From contig JBJKRI010000004.1 of assembly GCA_046704725.1 (NCBI GenBank), positions 64,001 to 128,000 on the forward strand: a stretch of 64,000 nucleotides of DNA, in the 5' to 3' direction. Origin of the DNA: Candidatus Woesearchaeota archaeon (GTDB lineage: Archaea > Nanobdellota > Nanobdellia > Woesearchaeales > SKIA01). The notes under the pieces are model-generated. The model was not told where the DNA came from. It made no database searches and was given only the letters and a program-made list of their open reading frames with translations. Each line of letters opens with the position of its first letter. Positions within the stretch are counted from its first letter, which is position 1. Of this stretch, positions 51,517-61,463 are shown piece after piece. A program made the translations under genes and the position numbers.

Positions 51517-51791
51517 GCCCTCCAGTGATCCTCCCTCTCGGTGCGTCGACCCGGCCGACCATCGATGACTCAGTACGAGCGTTCAACGAGCGAAAAACGA
51601 TGGACCGCCGTGAAGCGAATCCATCATACAGGCTTATCGAGCGACCGTACCGAGGTGTAGAGACGGATACACCCCTCGTTGGTGGATCGCTGTACGCTGA
51701 ACGCGCCTCCACCGCGTATCAGGCAGACCGTCCGTACAATCGTGCAGCTCCTGAAACACTCACCGACAGGGCGTATCTCAATCCCAATTAG
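51513..51791 (+). CDS. Hypothetical protein
   Basis: GGAGGT SD and ATGA overlap. Confidence 0.45.
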   Translation: MSPPVILPLGASTRPTIDDSVRAFNERKTMDRREANPSYRLIERPYRGVETDTPLVGGSLYAERASTAYQADRPYNRAAPETLTDRAYLNPN

Positions 51792-51824
51792 GTTTTTAAA
51801 GCGCAATGCGCCTCGCCCTCTCAA

Positions 51825-51899
51825 GCCCCTGTGGTGTAGTCCGGCCAATCATTCCGCCCTTTCGAGGCGGGGACTCGGGTTCGAATCCCGGCGGGGGCA
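51825..51899 (+). tRNA. tRNA-Glu(TTC)
   Basis: Cloverleaf, anticodon loop CT TTC GA. Confidence 0.95.
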
Positions 51900-51955
51900 T
51901 CCGAGCTGTTGCCGCACGCACAGTCCTTATATATTAGCTTCCAGAAAACGAAGAA

Positions 51956-52639
51956 GTGACAGCAAAAGCTTCTGGAAGCGAAAAGAAGGTTCAAAAGCAA
52001 CGGGATGCGGAAGCGAAAAGAGGAAAGGCCTCAGGATTCGCTATCGCGACGCTCGTGCTCGGCATCCTCGCCCTGCTCGGTGGGTGGATACCGGTCGTCG
52101 GATGGGCGATGATCGCGGCTGCTCTGATCGCTGGCATCTTCGGCATGCGGGATGTAGAGCTGCGGGGAGGCGCCAGCAGTTATATGGTGTACACAGGCAT
52201 CGCGTTGAGCATCATAGGCGTGGTCATCGCGATGCTCTTCTTCAACTGGGTCCTCACCACATGGGATGCAGCCCGTGTCCTTCCGAATCACTGCTTGTTC
52301 GGACAAGAGTTCAGCTGCACCGACTTCACTATCACGACGGCCGGAGCGGGCGGAGACCTCTGGGTGAACGCGTCGCTCACGAACGTGCTGGGAACGCCGA
52401 TCACGAACATCACAGGAACAGCGAATGCCACCGGATACGGGAATGGGAGCTGCACGGCCACCCCTCGAACGATACCCCACAACGGCGCATTCCGGCTCGA
52501 CTGCGACCTCAAATTACACCAAGGGGTGAGCTGGCCGATAGCAGGACGGCATACGAAGGTCTTGGTCCGTATGGATTACCAAGATGTGGGCGGATTCCAG
52601 CAGAACATCACCGGAGAAGTCTTCAAAAACATCCGATAA
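51956..52639 (+). CDS. DUF4190-like anchor plus pilin-like head, paralog 1
   Basis: SGFAIA.LVLGIL; LPNHCLFGQEFSC. Confidence 0.75.
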   Translation: MTAKASGSEKKVQKQRDAEAKRGKASGFAIATLVLGILALLGGWIPVVGWAMIAAALIAGIFGMRDVELRGGASSYMVYTGIALSIIGVVIAMLFFNWVLTTWDAARVLPNHCLFGQEFSCTDFTITTAGAGGDLWVNASLTNVLGTPITNITGTANATGYGNGSCTATPRTIPHNGAFRLDCDLKLHQGVSWPIAGRHTKVLVRMDYQDVGGFQQNITGEVFKNIR

Positions 52640-52692
52640 CAGCCGATACAGAACAAATAGTATAAATAGGACTGATTCAATGTGTACAGACC

Positions 52693-53376
52693 ATGGCCGA
52701 TAATACACCTGCTCAGGAACCTGACGCCTCTTCGCAACAGAAGACCTCTGGTTTCGCCATCGCGTCGCTCGTGCTCGGCATCCTCTCGCTCGTGCTCGGA
52801 TGGATACCGTTCGTCGGGTGGATCATCATCATTCTCGCCGTCGTGTTGGGCATCCTTGGCATACGCGACGCGAAAGAGGGAAAATCAGGCAACGGATTCG
52901 CGATCGCGGGCATCGTGCTCGCGATTATCGGCGCGATCATCGCGATATTCGTTCTCACACTCATCATCTATGCGGGCACCTCCTATAATGCGACCTATAA
53001 TACGAACTCAGTCCTTCCGGGCCGCTGCATCCTCGGCCAGGAGTTCAACTGCACGAACTATCAGATCAGAACCACGGGAGCTGGAGGGGATCTTTGGGTG
53101 AACGCATCGTTCACGAACGTGCTGGGAACGCCAGTGACGTATACTGGGGGAACAGCGAGCATGACTGGATACGGAAACGGGACATGCGTTTCAACAACCC
53201 AGACAATACCGTACCAAGGCGCATTCCAGATGAACTGCGACCTCAAGCCCAATCCCGGAACCGCGTGGCCGGCAGCAGGACAGAAAGCCAAACTCGAAAT
53301 CGACATCGGCTACAAAGAAGCGGGCAAGTCTTTTCCCCACAGCGTCGTCGGGGAGATTTTCGGAACCATCCAGTGA
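52693..53376 (+). CDS. DUF4190-like anchor plus pilin-like head, paralog 2
   Basis: SGFAIASLVLGILS, AIAGIVL; LPGRCILGQEFNC. Confidence 0.78.
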   Translation: MADNTPAQEPDASSQQKTSGFAIASLVLGILSLVLGWIPFVGWIIIILAVVLGILGIRDAKEGKSGNGFAIAGIVLAIIGAIIAIFVLTLIIYAGTSYNATYNTNSVLPGRCILGQEFNCTNYQIRTTGAGGDLWVNASFTNVLGTPVTYTGGTASMTGYGNGTCVSTTQTIPYQGAFQMNCDLKPNPGTAWPAAGQKAKLEIDIGYKEAGKSFPHSVVGEIFGTIQ

Positions 53377-53561
53377 ATGGTCCTTATACGGCCCCACAGA
53401 AGGCTATCCTGCGCCGAAGGCTATAAATAGCAAGAATCAGGGGAACCACGAATGGCAGACGACGCATCGCCAGAGACCCCCGAGCAAGATGTGCAGACGA
53501 CAAAGGGGGGAAAATCCGGCCTCGCCATCGCGTCGCTCGTGCTCGGCATCCTCTCGCTCGT
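52754..53561 (+). repeat. 40-nt exact direct repeat (52754-52793 and 53522-53561), with degenerate copies near 52040 and 54277
   Basis: TCGCCATCGCGTCGCTCGTGCTCGGCATCCTCTCGCTCGT. Confidence 0.85.
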
Positions 53562-54102
53562 ACTCGGCTGGATTCCGGTCGTCGGGTGGCTCCTCATCGT
53601 CCTTGCTATCCTCTTGGGCATCATCAGTCTCTATCATATCCGCAAGAGAAACCTCGGAGGCGCAGCGATGGCTATCGCAGGAATAGTGCTTGCCGTCGTC
53701 GCAATCCTCATCATCGCTCTTTTTATGGGAGCTATCGCATACTTCAACTCGACGAGCAGCCAACGCTTCGCCGCGAACAATTGCGCAATCCTAGGAGGGT
53801 TCAGCTGCACGAACTATGCAATCAACGGAGCGACACAGCAGATACAGTTCACCGTCACGAACAACCTCGGACTCACCGTGGATTCTGTGAACGTCACGCT
53901 CGACACGAGCGACTGTGCCCTGCAGCAACCGACCGTGCCCGTCGGGAAACTAGGCAACACCGAACAGCACACGGTGACCTTCGATTGCGTCTCGGGCATC
54001 CTGCCCAAGCAGTTACAAGGGGATATCACGATCTCGTACGAGCTGCCCAATGAGACGACGTCGAAGACCGCCAGAGGGTCTTTGGAATCCCCGGTACAAT
54101 AG
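53452..54102 (+). CDS. DUF4190-like anchor plus pilin-like head, paralog 3
   Basis: SGLAIASLVLGILS; GAIAYF...NNCAILGGFSC. Confidence 0.78.
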   Translation: MADDASPETPEQDVQTTKGGKSGLAIASLVLGILSLVLGWIPVVGWLLIVLAILLGIISLYHIRKRNLGGAAMAIAGIVLAVVAILIIALFMGAIAYFNSTSSQRFAANNCAILGGFSCTNYAINGATQQIQFTVTNNLGLTVDSVNVTLDTSDCALQQPTVPVGKLGNTEQHTVTFDCVSGILPKQLQGDITISYELPNETTSKTARGSLESPVQ

Positions 54103-54194
54103 ATATCTGCACCGGAAGTGGAAGCTGTACGTCTACTGCGCAAACAATGATCCCGGCCGAAGAACATAAAAAGAGGACGGCGCAGGAAAGCCGG

Positions 54195-54521
54195 ATGGCC
54201 GACGATAAGCCAACACCCAAAGAGGCTCCTCCAAAACAGCAGGTCGTGCATGTCGTGAAAGACCGGACCTCCGGTTTCGCCGTCGCTTCGCTCGTGCTCG
54301 GCATCCTCTCGTTGCTCATGGGTTGGATACCTGCCGTCGGGTGGATCATCATCGTCCTCGCCATCATCTTCGGCATCGTTGGTATTGTCCAGACCCGAGA
54401 GAAACACGTGCATGGCAGGGCGATGGCGATTGCGGGCATTATCCTCGCTGTGGTCGCCCTCATCATTATCATCCTCTTCGTCGGAGCGTTGCTCGCGCTC
54501 ATAGGAGCGCCCGCCGCATAA
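54195..54521 (+). CDS. DUF4190-like anchor only, paralog 4
   Basis: Same TM module with no head domain. Confidence 0.78.
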   Translation: MADDKPTPKEAPPKQQVVHVVKDRTSGFAVASLVLGILSLLMGWIPAVGWIIIVLAIIFGIVGIVQTREKHVHGRAMAIAGIILAVVALIIIILFVGALLALIGAPAA

Positions 54522-54599
54522 GGCAGCTCACGCAACGTGAAGGATGGCTCTTCTCCGGAACGCAGCCACATTTATAACGCGCGCAGGGTGTGAGAAAGC

Positions 54600-55040
54600 A
54601 TGCGAAACCCGTTCGGCCTGACTGAGCGCAAGGCACGGTACAGTGACTTCGCGTTCTTCTACCGCATCACGAAAGAGACCTTGTTCCCCATCATCGCCGA
54701 GGTCACCGAAGTCAATCGCAGCCGTGCTTTCACCAAGGACAACTGGGACAAGAACTGGAAGCATATCAAGATACTGCAGAAAGGCAACCGCCGGATCGGC
54801 TACTACGCGCTCGTCGACAAGGGAGGGGGCACGGGCTATATCCTCAAGCTCTTCTTGTCGCCGGCCTACCAGGGAAAGGGGATCGGCACGTTCCTGCTCA
54901 AAGACTTCGAACGACGCGGATTCAAGCGCCTGGAGCTGTCCGTGTGGAAGAACAATCCTGCAGTGCGGCTCTATAAGCGTCTCGGCTACAAGGTATTCAA
55001 GACGACGAAGACCCACTACGGGATGCGAAAGACACTATAA
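54600..55040 (+). CDS. GNAT family acetyltransferase
   Basis: YQGKGIG, N.PAVRLYKRLGY. Confidence 0.9.
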   Translation: MRNPFGLTERKARYSDFAFFYRITKETLFPIIAEVTEVNRSRAFTKDNWDKNWKHIKILQKGNRRIGYYALVDKGGGTGYILKLFLSPAYQGKGIGTFLLKDFERRGFKRLELSVWKNNPAVRLYKRLGYKVFKTTKTHYGMRKTL

Positions 55041-55061
55041 CCCCCTCCGCATCAAAGGAGC

Positions 55062-55664
55062 GTGGATCGCCGCTCGCTCTTCGAGACGCACACGCAGCAA
55101 CGCGTGCGCATCGTCACGCTCGCCATCCTGATCGCTCTCGGCGTCATCGCGGTCATCATCGCCGTGGAAGCGGTCATCCGTGCAGGCAGGCTCTCCCTGC
55201 CATCGTTGACGAGCATCATCGGCTTCATCGCGCCGGCATTGAGCAACGTCACTCCGCTCACTCTGCTCTACGCATCGTTCCTGTCGTCACTCATCCTCGT
55301 GCCATTGCCCATCGAGGTCTTCTTCATCGCCGGCATCCGAGAAGGCAGCGACCCCGTGCTCTCCATCGCCGCCACGGTCACTGGATTCCTGCTCGCCAAC
55401 CTCGTGAACTACCTGCTCGGCTGGAAGCTCAACGGCCCGGTACGGGCGTTCTCCAATCCCAGACACCTCTACAAGGTCCGGCGGGCGGTGAACCGCTACG
55501 GAGCGTACGCGGTCTTCGGCATGAACCTCATCCCCTCGCCAGCGGACGTGCTCACCTTCGGCCTGGGCATCGTGCGCTACAACTTCACACGGCTCTTCGT
55601 GATCTTGGCGGCAGCAGGCATCACGAAATACGTGGCGATCGTCTTGCTGCTCAAGCTCTTCTGA
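55062..55664 (+). CDS. DedA/VTT family membrane protein
   Basis: P.PIE, NYLLG, RYG...LIPSP.D. Confidence 0.82.
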   Translation: MDRRSLFETHTQQRVRIVTLAILIALGVIAVIIAVEAVIRAGRLSLPSLTSIIGFIAPALSNVTPLTLLYASFLSSLILVPLPIEVFFIAGIREGSDPVLSIAATVTGFLLANLVNYLLGWKLNGPVRAFSNPRHLYKVRRAVNRYGAYAVFGMNLIPSPADVLTFGLGIVRYNFTRLFVILAAAGITKYVAIVLLLKLF

Positions 55665-55701
55665 AGCAAAGATTCAAAAGCGACGACGCCTGCGCAGGCA
55701 C

Positions 55702-56169
55702 ATGCAAGAGTACGTGACGACCGCGAAAGCCTACGCGAAGACACGACGGGCCGACGGTCTCGTCGGCATGCGCGTGCTCGCGAAGAGCGGGTCCGTCCTT
55801 GGCAAGGTGCGCGCGGTCCTGCTCGACCCGGCGGGACGCACCGTCCAAGGGATCCTCGTCGGGCGCCTCCTGCACGAGAACCTGTACATCACCACATCGT
55901 ACATCGACCGCATCACCGAAAAAGCGGTCCTGCTCAAGATCGATCCCGCATCCCTGCGCAAAGGACTGCAGGTCATCACGTCCGACGGCAAGCGCGTCGG
56001 CACCGTGATAGGCATGCACCGCATCAAGCAGACCAACGACGTGCACACGTACGTCGTGAAACGACGCTTCCGCACATTCGAGGTCGCAGCGGCCGACGTG
56101 AAGCACATCGGCACGAGCCTCATCCTCAAGAAGACCTATGCCACGCTCAAGAAAAAGCTCAAGAAATGA
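55702..56169 (+). CDS. Tandem PRC-barrel protein
   Basis: Two repeats of G..V....G..(L/V)G.V. Confidence 0.8.
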   Translation: MQEYVTTAKAYAKTRRADGLVGMRVLAKSGSVLGKVRAVLLDPAGRTVQGILVGRLLHENLYITTSYIDRITEKAVLLKIDPASLRKGLQVITSDGKRVGTVIGMHRIKQTNDVHTYVVKRRFRTFEVAAADVKHIGTSLILKKTYATLKKKLKK

Positions 56170-56605
56170 TGCGCTCGACGGAGCGATAACCGCAGAGGAC
56201 GTGCTCGGAAAGGACGTCGTCGACCCAGAAGGGGATTTCATCGGCGTGACCAACCAATTGTTCATCGATCCCAAGACGTTAGAAGTGCTCGGGGTGAGCG
56301 TGGACAAGGGATTCCTGAAAGCAGGCCTGGTCATCGGAGCGGACCACATCAAAGAGGTCACCGAGCACGCGGTGCTCCTGAAGACATCGCCGGCGCACCG
56401 CCTGCAAGGCATGAGCGTCTTCGACACGGACGGCGCGCGCGTGGGTACTGTGACAGACGTACTCGTGACAGACGAAGGAGAGCTCACCGGCATGCGCATC
56501 CGGCCGTCTCGCGTGCGCTCCAAAACCATCGAGGTGCCCGCGAGCGCGATCGACCGCGTCGAACGAAACGTCCTGCTCTCCATCAAGAGAAAGGACGTGA
56601 TCTAG
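56138..56605 (+). CDS. Tandem PRC-barrel protein
   Basis: LGKDVVDPEGDFIG; GMSVFDTDGARVGTV. Confidence 0.82.
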   Translation: MPRSRKSSRNDALDGAITAEDVLGKDVVDPEGDFIGVTNQLFIDPKTLEVLGVSVDKGFLKAGLVIGADHIKEVTEHAVLLKTSPAHRLQGMSVFDTDGARVGTVTDVLVTDEGELTGMRIRPSRVRSKTIEVPASAIDRVERNVLLSIKRKDVI

Positions 56606-59295
56606 GAGAGCAGGAAAGACAGGTCATCCTTGGTGAGACGCTTGGCGAAACCCTCCTCGGTCTCCACGACGCTGTCCGCCAAGGCGCTCTTGGCGTCCTG
56701 CAAGGCCACGATCTTCTCCTCTACAGTGCCCGAGGAGACGAGCTTGAAGACGAAGACCGGACGCTTCTGACCGATACGATGCGCTCTGTCGACGGCCTGC
56801 GCCTCGACGGCGGGATTCCACCAGGGGTCGGCGATGAAGACATAGTCCGCGGCGGTGAGGGTGAGCCCGACACCGCCCGCCTTGATGCTGATGAGGAAGA
56901 CCGAGACGGACGGATCGTCCTGGAAGCGACGCACCTGCTCCGCACGGTCAGTGGTGGAGCCGTCCAGATAGGCGTAGCGCACGCCCGCGCGGCGCAAGCG
57001 CCGCTCGACAAGGCCGAGCATGCCGACGAAACCGCTGAAGACCAATGCCTTGTGGCCCTCGGCGACGGCCTCGAGCACGCGCTCGCACAAGACGTCGAAC
57101 TTTCCCGAGCGCCCACGATACTCCTCGTGCAGCAGCGAAGGATGGTTCGCGAGCTGGCGCAAGCGGAGCAATCCCTTGAGGATGCGCACCTGGACGTCGA
57201 CATCCTTCGCGAAGGCCTCCTCCACATCCGCACGCACCCAGGCCTTCGCGGCCTTGTAGAGCTCTTCTTGGGCGCCGTCCATCTCGCACGGCACGACCAT
57301 CACCTGCTTCTCGGGCAGGTCGGGGGCAACGCTCTGCTTGGTGCGACGGAGCAAGAAGGGCTTGATGAGACGTTTGAGCGCCAACGCGCGTTGGCCATCA
57401 GGCTCCTCCTCGATCTTGTGCGCGTAGTGCAAGCGGAAATTGCGCTCGGTGCCGAGCAGTCCAGGGCAGGCGAAGGCGAACTGCGACCACAATTCCAGCG
57501 ACGAGTTCTCTATCGGGGTCCCCGTCATGGCGAGCCGGTGGTCCGCGTGGATCCGCCTGCACGCGCGAGACACCTGGCTGTGGGGGTTCTTGATGTGCTG
57601 GCTCTCGTCGAGCACCGCGTACGAGAACCGGAGGGCGTCGAACAGTTCGCGATCGTTGCGCAGGGTGGCGTAGGTCGTCACGATGACATCACCAGTCAAT
57701 CGCTCTTTTCGCGTGGCGCGTTGCGGGCCGTGATGCACCTGCATGCGCAATGACGGCGCGAAGCGTTTGGCCTCGGCCACCCAATTGAAGACGAGGCTCG
57801 TCGGCACCACGACGAGCGCGGGAAGGTCGCGTTCGCCCTTGTTCCACAAGAGGAGCGCGAGGACCTGCACGGTCTTGCCAAGGCCCATATCGTCTGCGAG
57901 GATGCCGCCGGTCGCGTGCGCGTCGAGAAAGCGCAGCCAGTCATAGCCCGCCTTCTGGTAGGGACGGAGCACGCCGGTGAAACCCTCGGGAACGTTTGCA
58001 TCGGCGATGCGCGAGAAGCTTCGCAAGCGCTCCTGCAAAGCGGAGAAGCGCGCGTCCATCTCCTGCTCGTCGGCCACTGCGAGGACCTCCTCGATGATCG
58101 GCAGCTGCTCGGGGGACGCGCGCAATACGTTGTCGTGTACTTCCAGAAGCCCGATAGAGGCGGAGAGGCGTTCGAGCCATTCGGGCGGGATGGCACCGAG
58201 GGTTCCGTCGCTGAGGCGCACGAAGCGCTCCTTGTTGAGCACGGCCTCGAGCAGCTCGGACAGACGCGTGGGGACCCCCTCCCATTCGGCCTCGACGCGC
58301 AGGTCGAGCCAGTCCGTGCCGCCGACAGAAACGGCCATACGAGCGGTCGCGTCCCTCGCTTGCCCGCCGAGCAGGCTCTCGCGGCCGTATATCTCGAATC
58401 CGAGGCCGATGAGCCGCTTGGTCGTCACCGAGAGCCATTCCATCGGATCGCCCATGGGCAGCAAGGATTCCCCGTCGAAACGCGTGAACGAGCGCAACTG
58501 CTCGTCGCGCTCGGATTCCGCTCCAGGATCGTGCACGACACGCAGCACGACACCGTCCGAGAAGACATACGCGTCCTCGCCGCCGCGCGTCTCCTGCTCG
58601 CCGTAGGCGAAACGCAGCTCTACGGTGAAGCCACGGTCCTGCTCATGCAGGTAGATGCGGGGGACCGGCCGCGGACGCACCTCCTGCAGTCTGCAGCCCT
58701 GCTCGATGCGCACGCGCCCCAAACGTCCGCCGTCATAGTAGCCGGCTTCGAGGAATCGCGAGAGGAAATGCGCCGGCACGTCCGCTCCTGTGCGCTCCCT
58801 GATATCGTTGAGCGCCTTGGCATGCGTGATATCGACGGGGCACACGACGACGCCTGACTTGTTTTCGAGCGCGCACCAGAGCTCCTCGTGCCCGAACAAC
58901 CGGTTCTTCTTCCCGTCGATGGCATAGTCCGTGCCGCCGTAGCGTACGGCGAGCGAGAGCGTGTCCTCGGACAGACGCACGTACGCGCGCGCCTTGGCGT
59001 GCGTGACAGACGCGCCCGTCACGACAGCCGATGCGTCGGCAAGAGCGTCGAGCAGCCGGAAATCCGTGTAGGCATCCAGACCGTCCAGGCGTGCGGAGAC
59101 ATCTGATACGGACTGCCCGAGGCGATCGGCAGCCTCCACGGCAGCGAGGAACAAAGCGAAGGCCTCGCGCGCCTTGCCGCGCATCTTTACGTGCGCCTCG
59201 TGCACCTCGCTGCCCTGCAACGCTTTTCCGTCGCGCTCTGCGACGATGGAGATGTTCCCGTGGAAGGGGCTGATGCGCAGCCTGATATCGCTCAT
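56602..59295 (-). CDS. SNF2 family helicase/translocase (bacterial type)
   Basis: LADDMGLGKT, DESQ, TGTPIEN, QAVDRAHRIGQ. Confidence 0.93.
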   Translation of the reverse strand: MSDIRLRISPFHGNISIVAERDGKALQGSEVHEAHVKMRGKAREAFALFLAAVEAADRLGQSVSDVSARLDGLDAYTDFRLLDALADASAVVTGASVTHAKARAYVRLSEDTLSLAVRYGGTDYAIDGKKNRLFGHEELWCALENKSGVVVCPVDITHAKALNDIRERTGADVPAHFLSRFLEAGYYDGGRLGRVRIEQGCRLQEVRPRPVPRIYLHEQDRGFTVELRFAYGEQETRGGEDAYVFSDGVVLRVVHDPGAESERDEQLRSFTRFDGESLLPMGDPMEWLSVTTKRLIGLGFEIYGRESLLGGQARDATARMAVSVGGTDWLDLRVEAEWEGVPTRLSELLEAVLNKERFVRLSDGTLGAIPPEWLERLSASIGLLEVHDNVLRASPEQLPIIEEVLAVADEQEMDARFSALQERLRSFSRIADANVPEGFTGVLRPYQKAGYDWLRFLDAHATGGILADDMGLGKTVQVLALLLWNKGERDLPALVVVPTSLVFNWVAEAKRFAPSLRMQVHHGPQRATRKERLTGDVIVTTYATLRNDRELFDALRFSYAVLDESQHIKNPHSQVSRACRRIHADHRLAMTGTPIENSSLELWSQFAFACPGLLGTERNFRLHYAHKIEEEPDGQRALALKRLIKPFLLRRTKQSVAPDLPEKQVMVVPCEMDGAQEELYKAAKAWVRADVEEAFAKDVDVQVRILKGLLRLRQLANHPSLLHEEYRGRSGKFDVLCERVLEAVAEGHKALVFSGFVGMLGLVERRLRRAGVRYAYLDGSTTDRAEQVRRFQDDPSVSVFLISIKAGGVGLTLTAADYVFIADPWWNPAVEAQAVDRAHRIGQKRPVFVFKLVSSGTVEEKIVALQDAKSALADSVVETEEGFAKRLTKDDLSFLLS

Positions 59296-60380
59296 GCGCC
59301 GTGCACGATCCTCTCGGCGGTCTTGCGATACTTCTCCATCCGCTTCTGATGCTCCTTGAGCATATCCACGAGGAACTCCTTGACGATGGTCTTGAGCTCG
59401 CCCGTCAGCATATCGCCGCTCGCGTAGCGCTCTTTCACATCGGCGACGAACGCGTCGTCGGGGTGGTGGAACAGGAGTATCTCGAAGGCACGGTCCACGT
59501 CAGGGTCTCCCCCGAGGCGGCGGTGCTCCTCCACGCTCGTGCGCCCGCCGCTGAAGGCGCGGTCTATCTTGCGGCGCACGTCCTTCTCGGAATCGGTGAG
59601 GAATATCGCCGTGTCCGGTTCGGAGGCGCTCATCTTGCTGCCCTCCTTGAGGCCGGACTGGTGCTTGAAGAACAGGAAGCTCGGCAGGACCATGTTGTAG
59701 GGCAAGCGCCGAACGAGGTCGCGCGCCGCGCGGGCGTGCGGGTCCTGCTCGATGCCGATGGATGTCAATGAAGGCATGGGACCGTCGTACTCGGGCAGCT
59801 GCCCGTGCAGGATGTCCGCGTACTGGAGCAGGTTCGCGGACAGCTTTCCCAGATCGAGATGACCGTAGATGGCCTTGAAGGTGTTCTCGGTGATCTTCTT
59901 GGAGAGCTCGAAGGCGAAGGTGTAGTAGCGCGGCTCTTTCTTGCTCTGCACGTAGATGCATTCCTCGGGGACGCCGAGAGCGAGGAGGTGCTGGACGGTC
60001 TGGACGGCGTAGTCCTGCGCCTTCTCCAATGACGGCACCTTGTTGTCGGGGCGCGAGACGTAGCCGTCGATATCGCACACCCCGAAATGGCTTTTCGCGC
60101 CGAGGGAGCGGAAGTACTCGAACAGGTCGATGTCCACTTTGTGCCCGAGATGGAGCGGCCCGCTCGTGGCGATGCCCGTCATCTGGAGGAAGGGCTTTTT
60201 CTCCTTGATCGCTTTTGCGATGCGCGCAAAGTCGCGGTGGGCGATGACCAGGCCGCGCGTGAAGAAGCGATTGTCGAAGGGCTTTTTCTGCGCGTCGGTG
60301 AAGGTGGACAGGCCGAACTGCTTGATGAGACGGGCGTCCACGGTGACGGCTTTGCTGCCCCAGGCGTCGATGCGTGCCAT
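59292..60380 (-). CDS. trpS: Tryptophanyl-tRNA synthetase
   Basis: SGPLHLGH, G.EQDPH, KMSAS, AFSGG. Confidence 0.92.
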   Translation of the reverse strand: MARIDAWGSKAVTVDARLIKQFGLSTFTDAQKKPFDNRFFTRGLVIAHRDFARIAKAIKEKKPFLQMTGIATSGPLHLGHKVDIDLFEYFRSLGAKSHFGVCDIDGYVSRPDNKVPSLEKAQDYAVQTVQHLLALGVPEECIYVQSKKEPRYYTFAFELSKKITENTFKAIYGHLDLGKLSANLLQYADILHGQLPEYDGPMPSLTSIGIEQDPHARAARDLVRRLPYNMVLPSFLFFKHQSGLKEGSKMSASEPDTAIFLTDSEKDVRRKIDRAFSGGRTSVEEHRRLGGDPDVDRAFEILLFHHPDDAFVADVKERYASGDMLTGELKTIVKEFLVDMLKEHQKRMEKYRKTAERIVHGA

Positions 60381-60489
60381 CCGCCTCACACATCTCCGGA
60401 CGCTTATAAAGATTGGGTGCTCCGAACGGGATGCACGGGACTGACGCGCGGCGAACATTTATAAGTGGCGTGCAGGTCTCCTGCGGCAC

Positions 60490-60562
60490 GGGCCCGTGGT
60501 CTAGCGGCTATGACACCGCCTCGACATGGCGGGGATCCCCGGTTCGATTCCGGGCGGGCCCA
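60490..60562 (+). tRNA. tRNA-Val(GAC)
   Basis: Cloverleaf; anticodon loop TC GAC AT (C33). Confidence 0.88.
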
Positions 60563-60636
60563 GCAGGTCCTTTCCGGTTCGGCAGCGCCGAAAAGACCAA
60601 CATTTAAGAATATAATATACGAAAACGGCTACTATT

Positions 60637-61431
60637 ATGCAACTCTTACACGCGGAGGAGATCAAGTCGTCTAACGAGCAGATACTGCAGCTCATCCTCC
60701 GCGAGGACGAACTGTCCTGGCAACAGCTCATCTACGACCTGGTGCGACGCGAACAGATGGACCCGTGGGACATCGATGTCAGCACGCTCACACAGAAGTT
60801 CCTCCACGTCATACGGACGCTGCAGCAGATGGACTTCCGCATCGGCGGAAAGCTGGTCCTCGCATCGGCGATGCTGCTCAAGATCAAGAGCGACCGACTC
60901 CTCGACGAGGACCTGGCCATGCTCGACACACTCATCAACACGGTGGAGGAGGACGAGCCGATCGACCTGCTCGACATGGACATGGGTGCCTTCGAGGAAG
61001 CGGGCACGGTCGAGGAGCGCCCACGCATCTACCCAAGAGCACCCCAACCACGGCAGAGGAAAGTCAGCGTCTATGACCTTGTCACCGCGCTAGAGCAGGC
61101 GCTCGAGGTCAGCGTGCGGCGCGACCGACGCGCCCTGGACGCCGTCGAGCTCACCGAAGTGAAAGTGCCCGAGAAATCCATCGATGTGTCAGAAGCGATG
61201 AACGGTCTATTGCAGCGCATCTCGTCAGTCGCGCAGGACAATCCCGTATCCTTCTTTGCTCTGGTCCCCGGACAGAGCAGGCGCGACACCGTGCTCACAT
61301 TCATCCCCCTCCTGCACCTCACCAACGAGCGGCGCGTCGACCTCGAGCAAGAAGAGCACTTCGGCGACATCAGCATCACCTTGCTCGACGACACGCCCGT
61401 CGAGTACAAGGAAGCCGAAGCAACGGCATAG
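60637..61431 (+). CDS. scpA: Segregation and condensation protein A (kleisin)
   Basis: MDPWDID, LLKIKS..LL, TFIPLLHL...QEEHFGDI. Confidence 0.92.
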   Translation: MQLLHAEEIKSSNEQILQLILREDELSWQQLIYDLVRREQMDPWDIDVSTLTQKFLHVIRTLQQMDFRIGGKLVLASAMLLKIKSDRLLDEDLAMLDTLINTVEEDEPIDLLDMDMGAFEEAGTVEERPRIYPRAPQPRQRKVSVYDLVTALEQALEVSVRRDRRALDAVELTEVKVPEKSIDVSEAMNGLLQRISSVAQDNPVSFFALVPGQSRRDTVLTFIPLLHLTNERRVDLEQEEHFGDISITLLDDTPVEYKEAEATA

Positions 61432-61463
61432 CCTTAAAAACGGCCGGTGACTCTGGCCGTAGC

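Noticed and set aside
51956-54521. DGR template/variable repeats or CRISPR array
   Set aside because: Repeats are in-frame paralogous TM coding segments, differences are not adenine-specific, spacing is gene-sized, and no RT or cas gene is in the window
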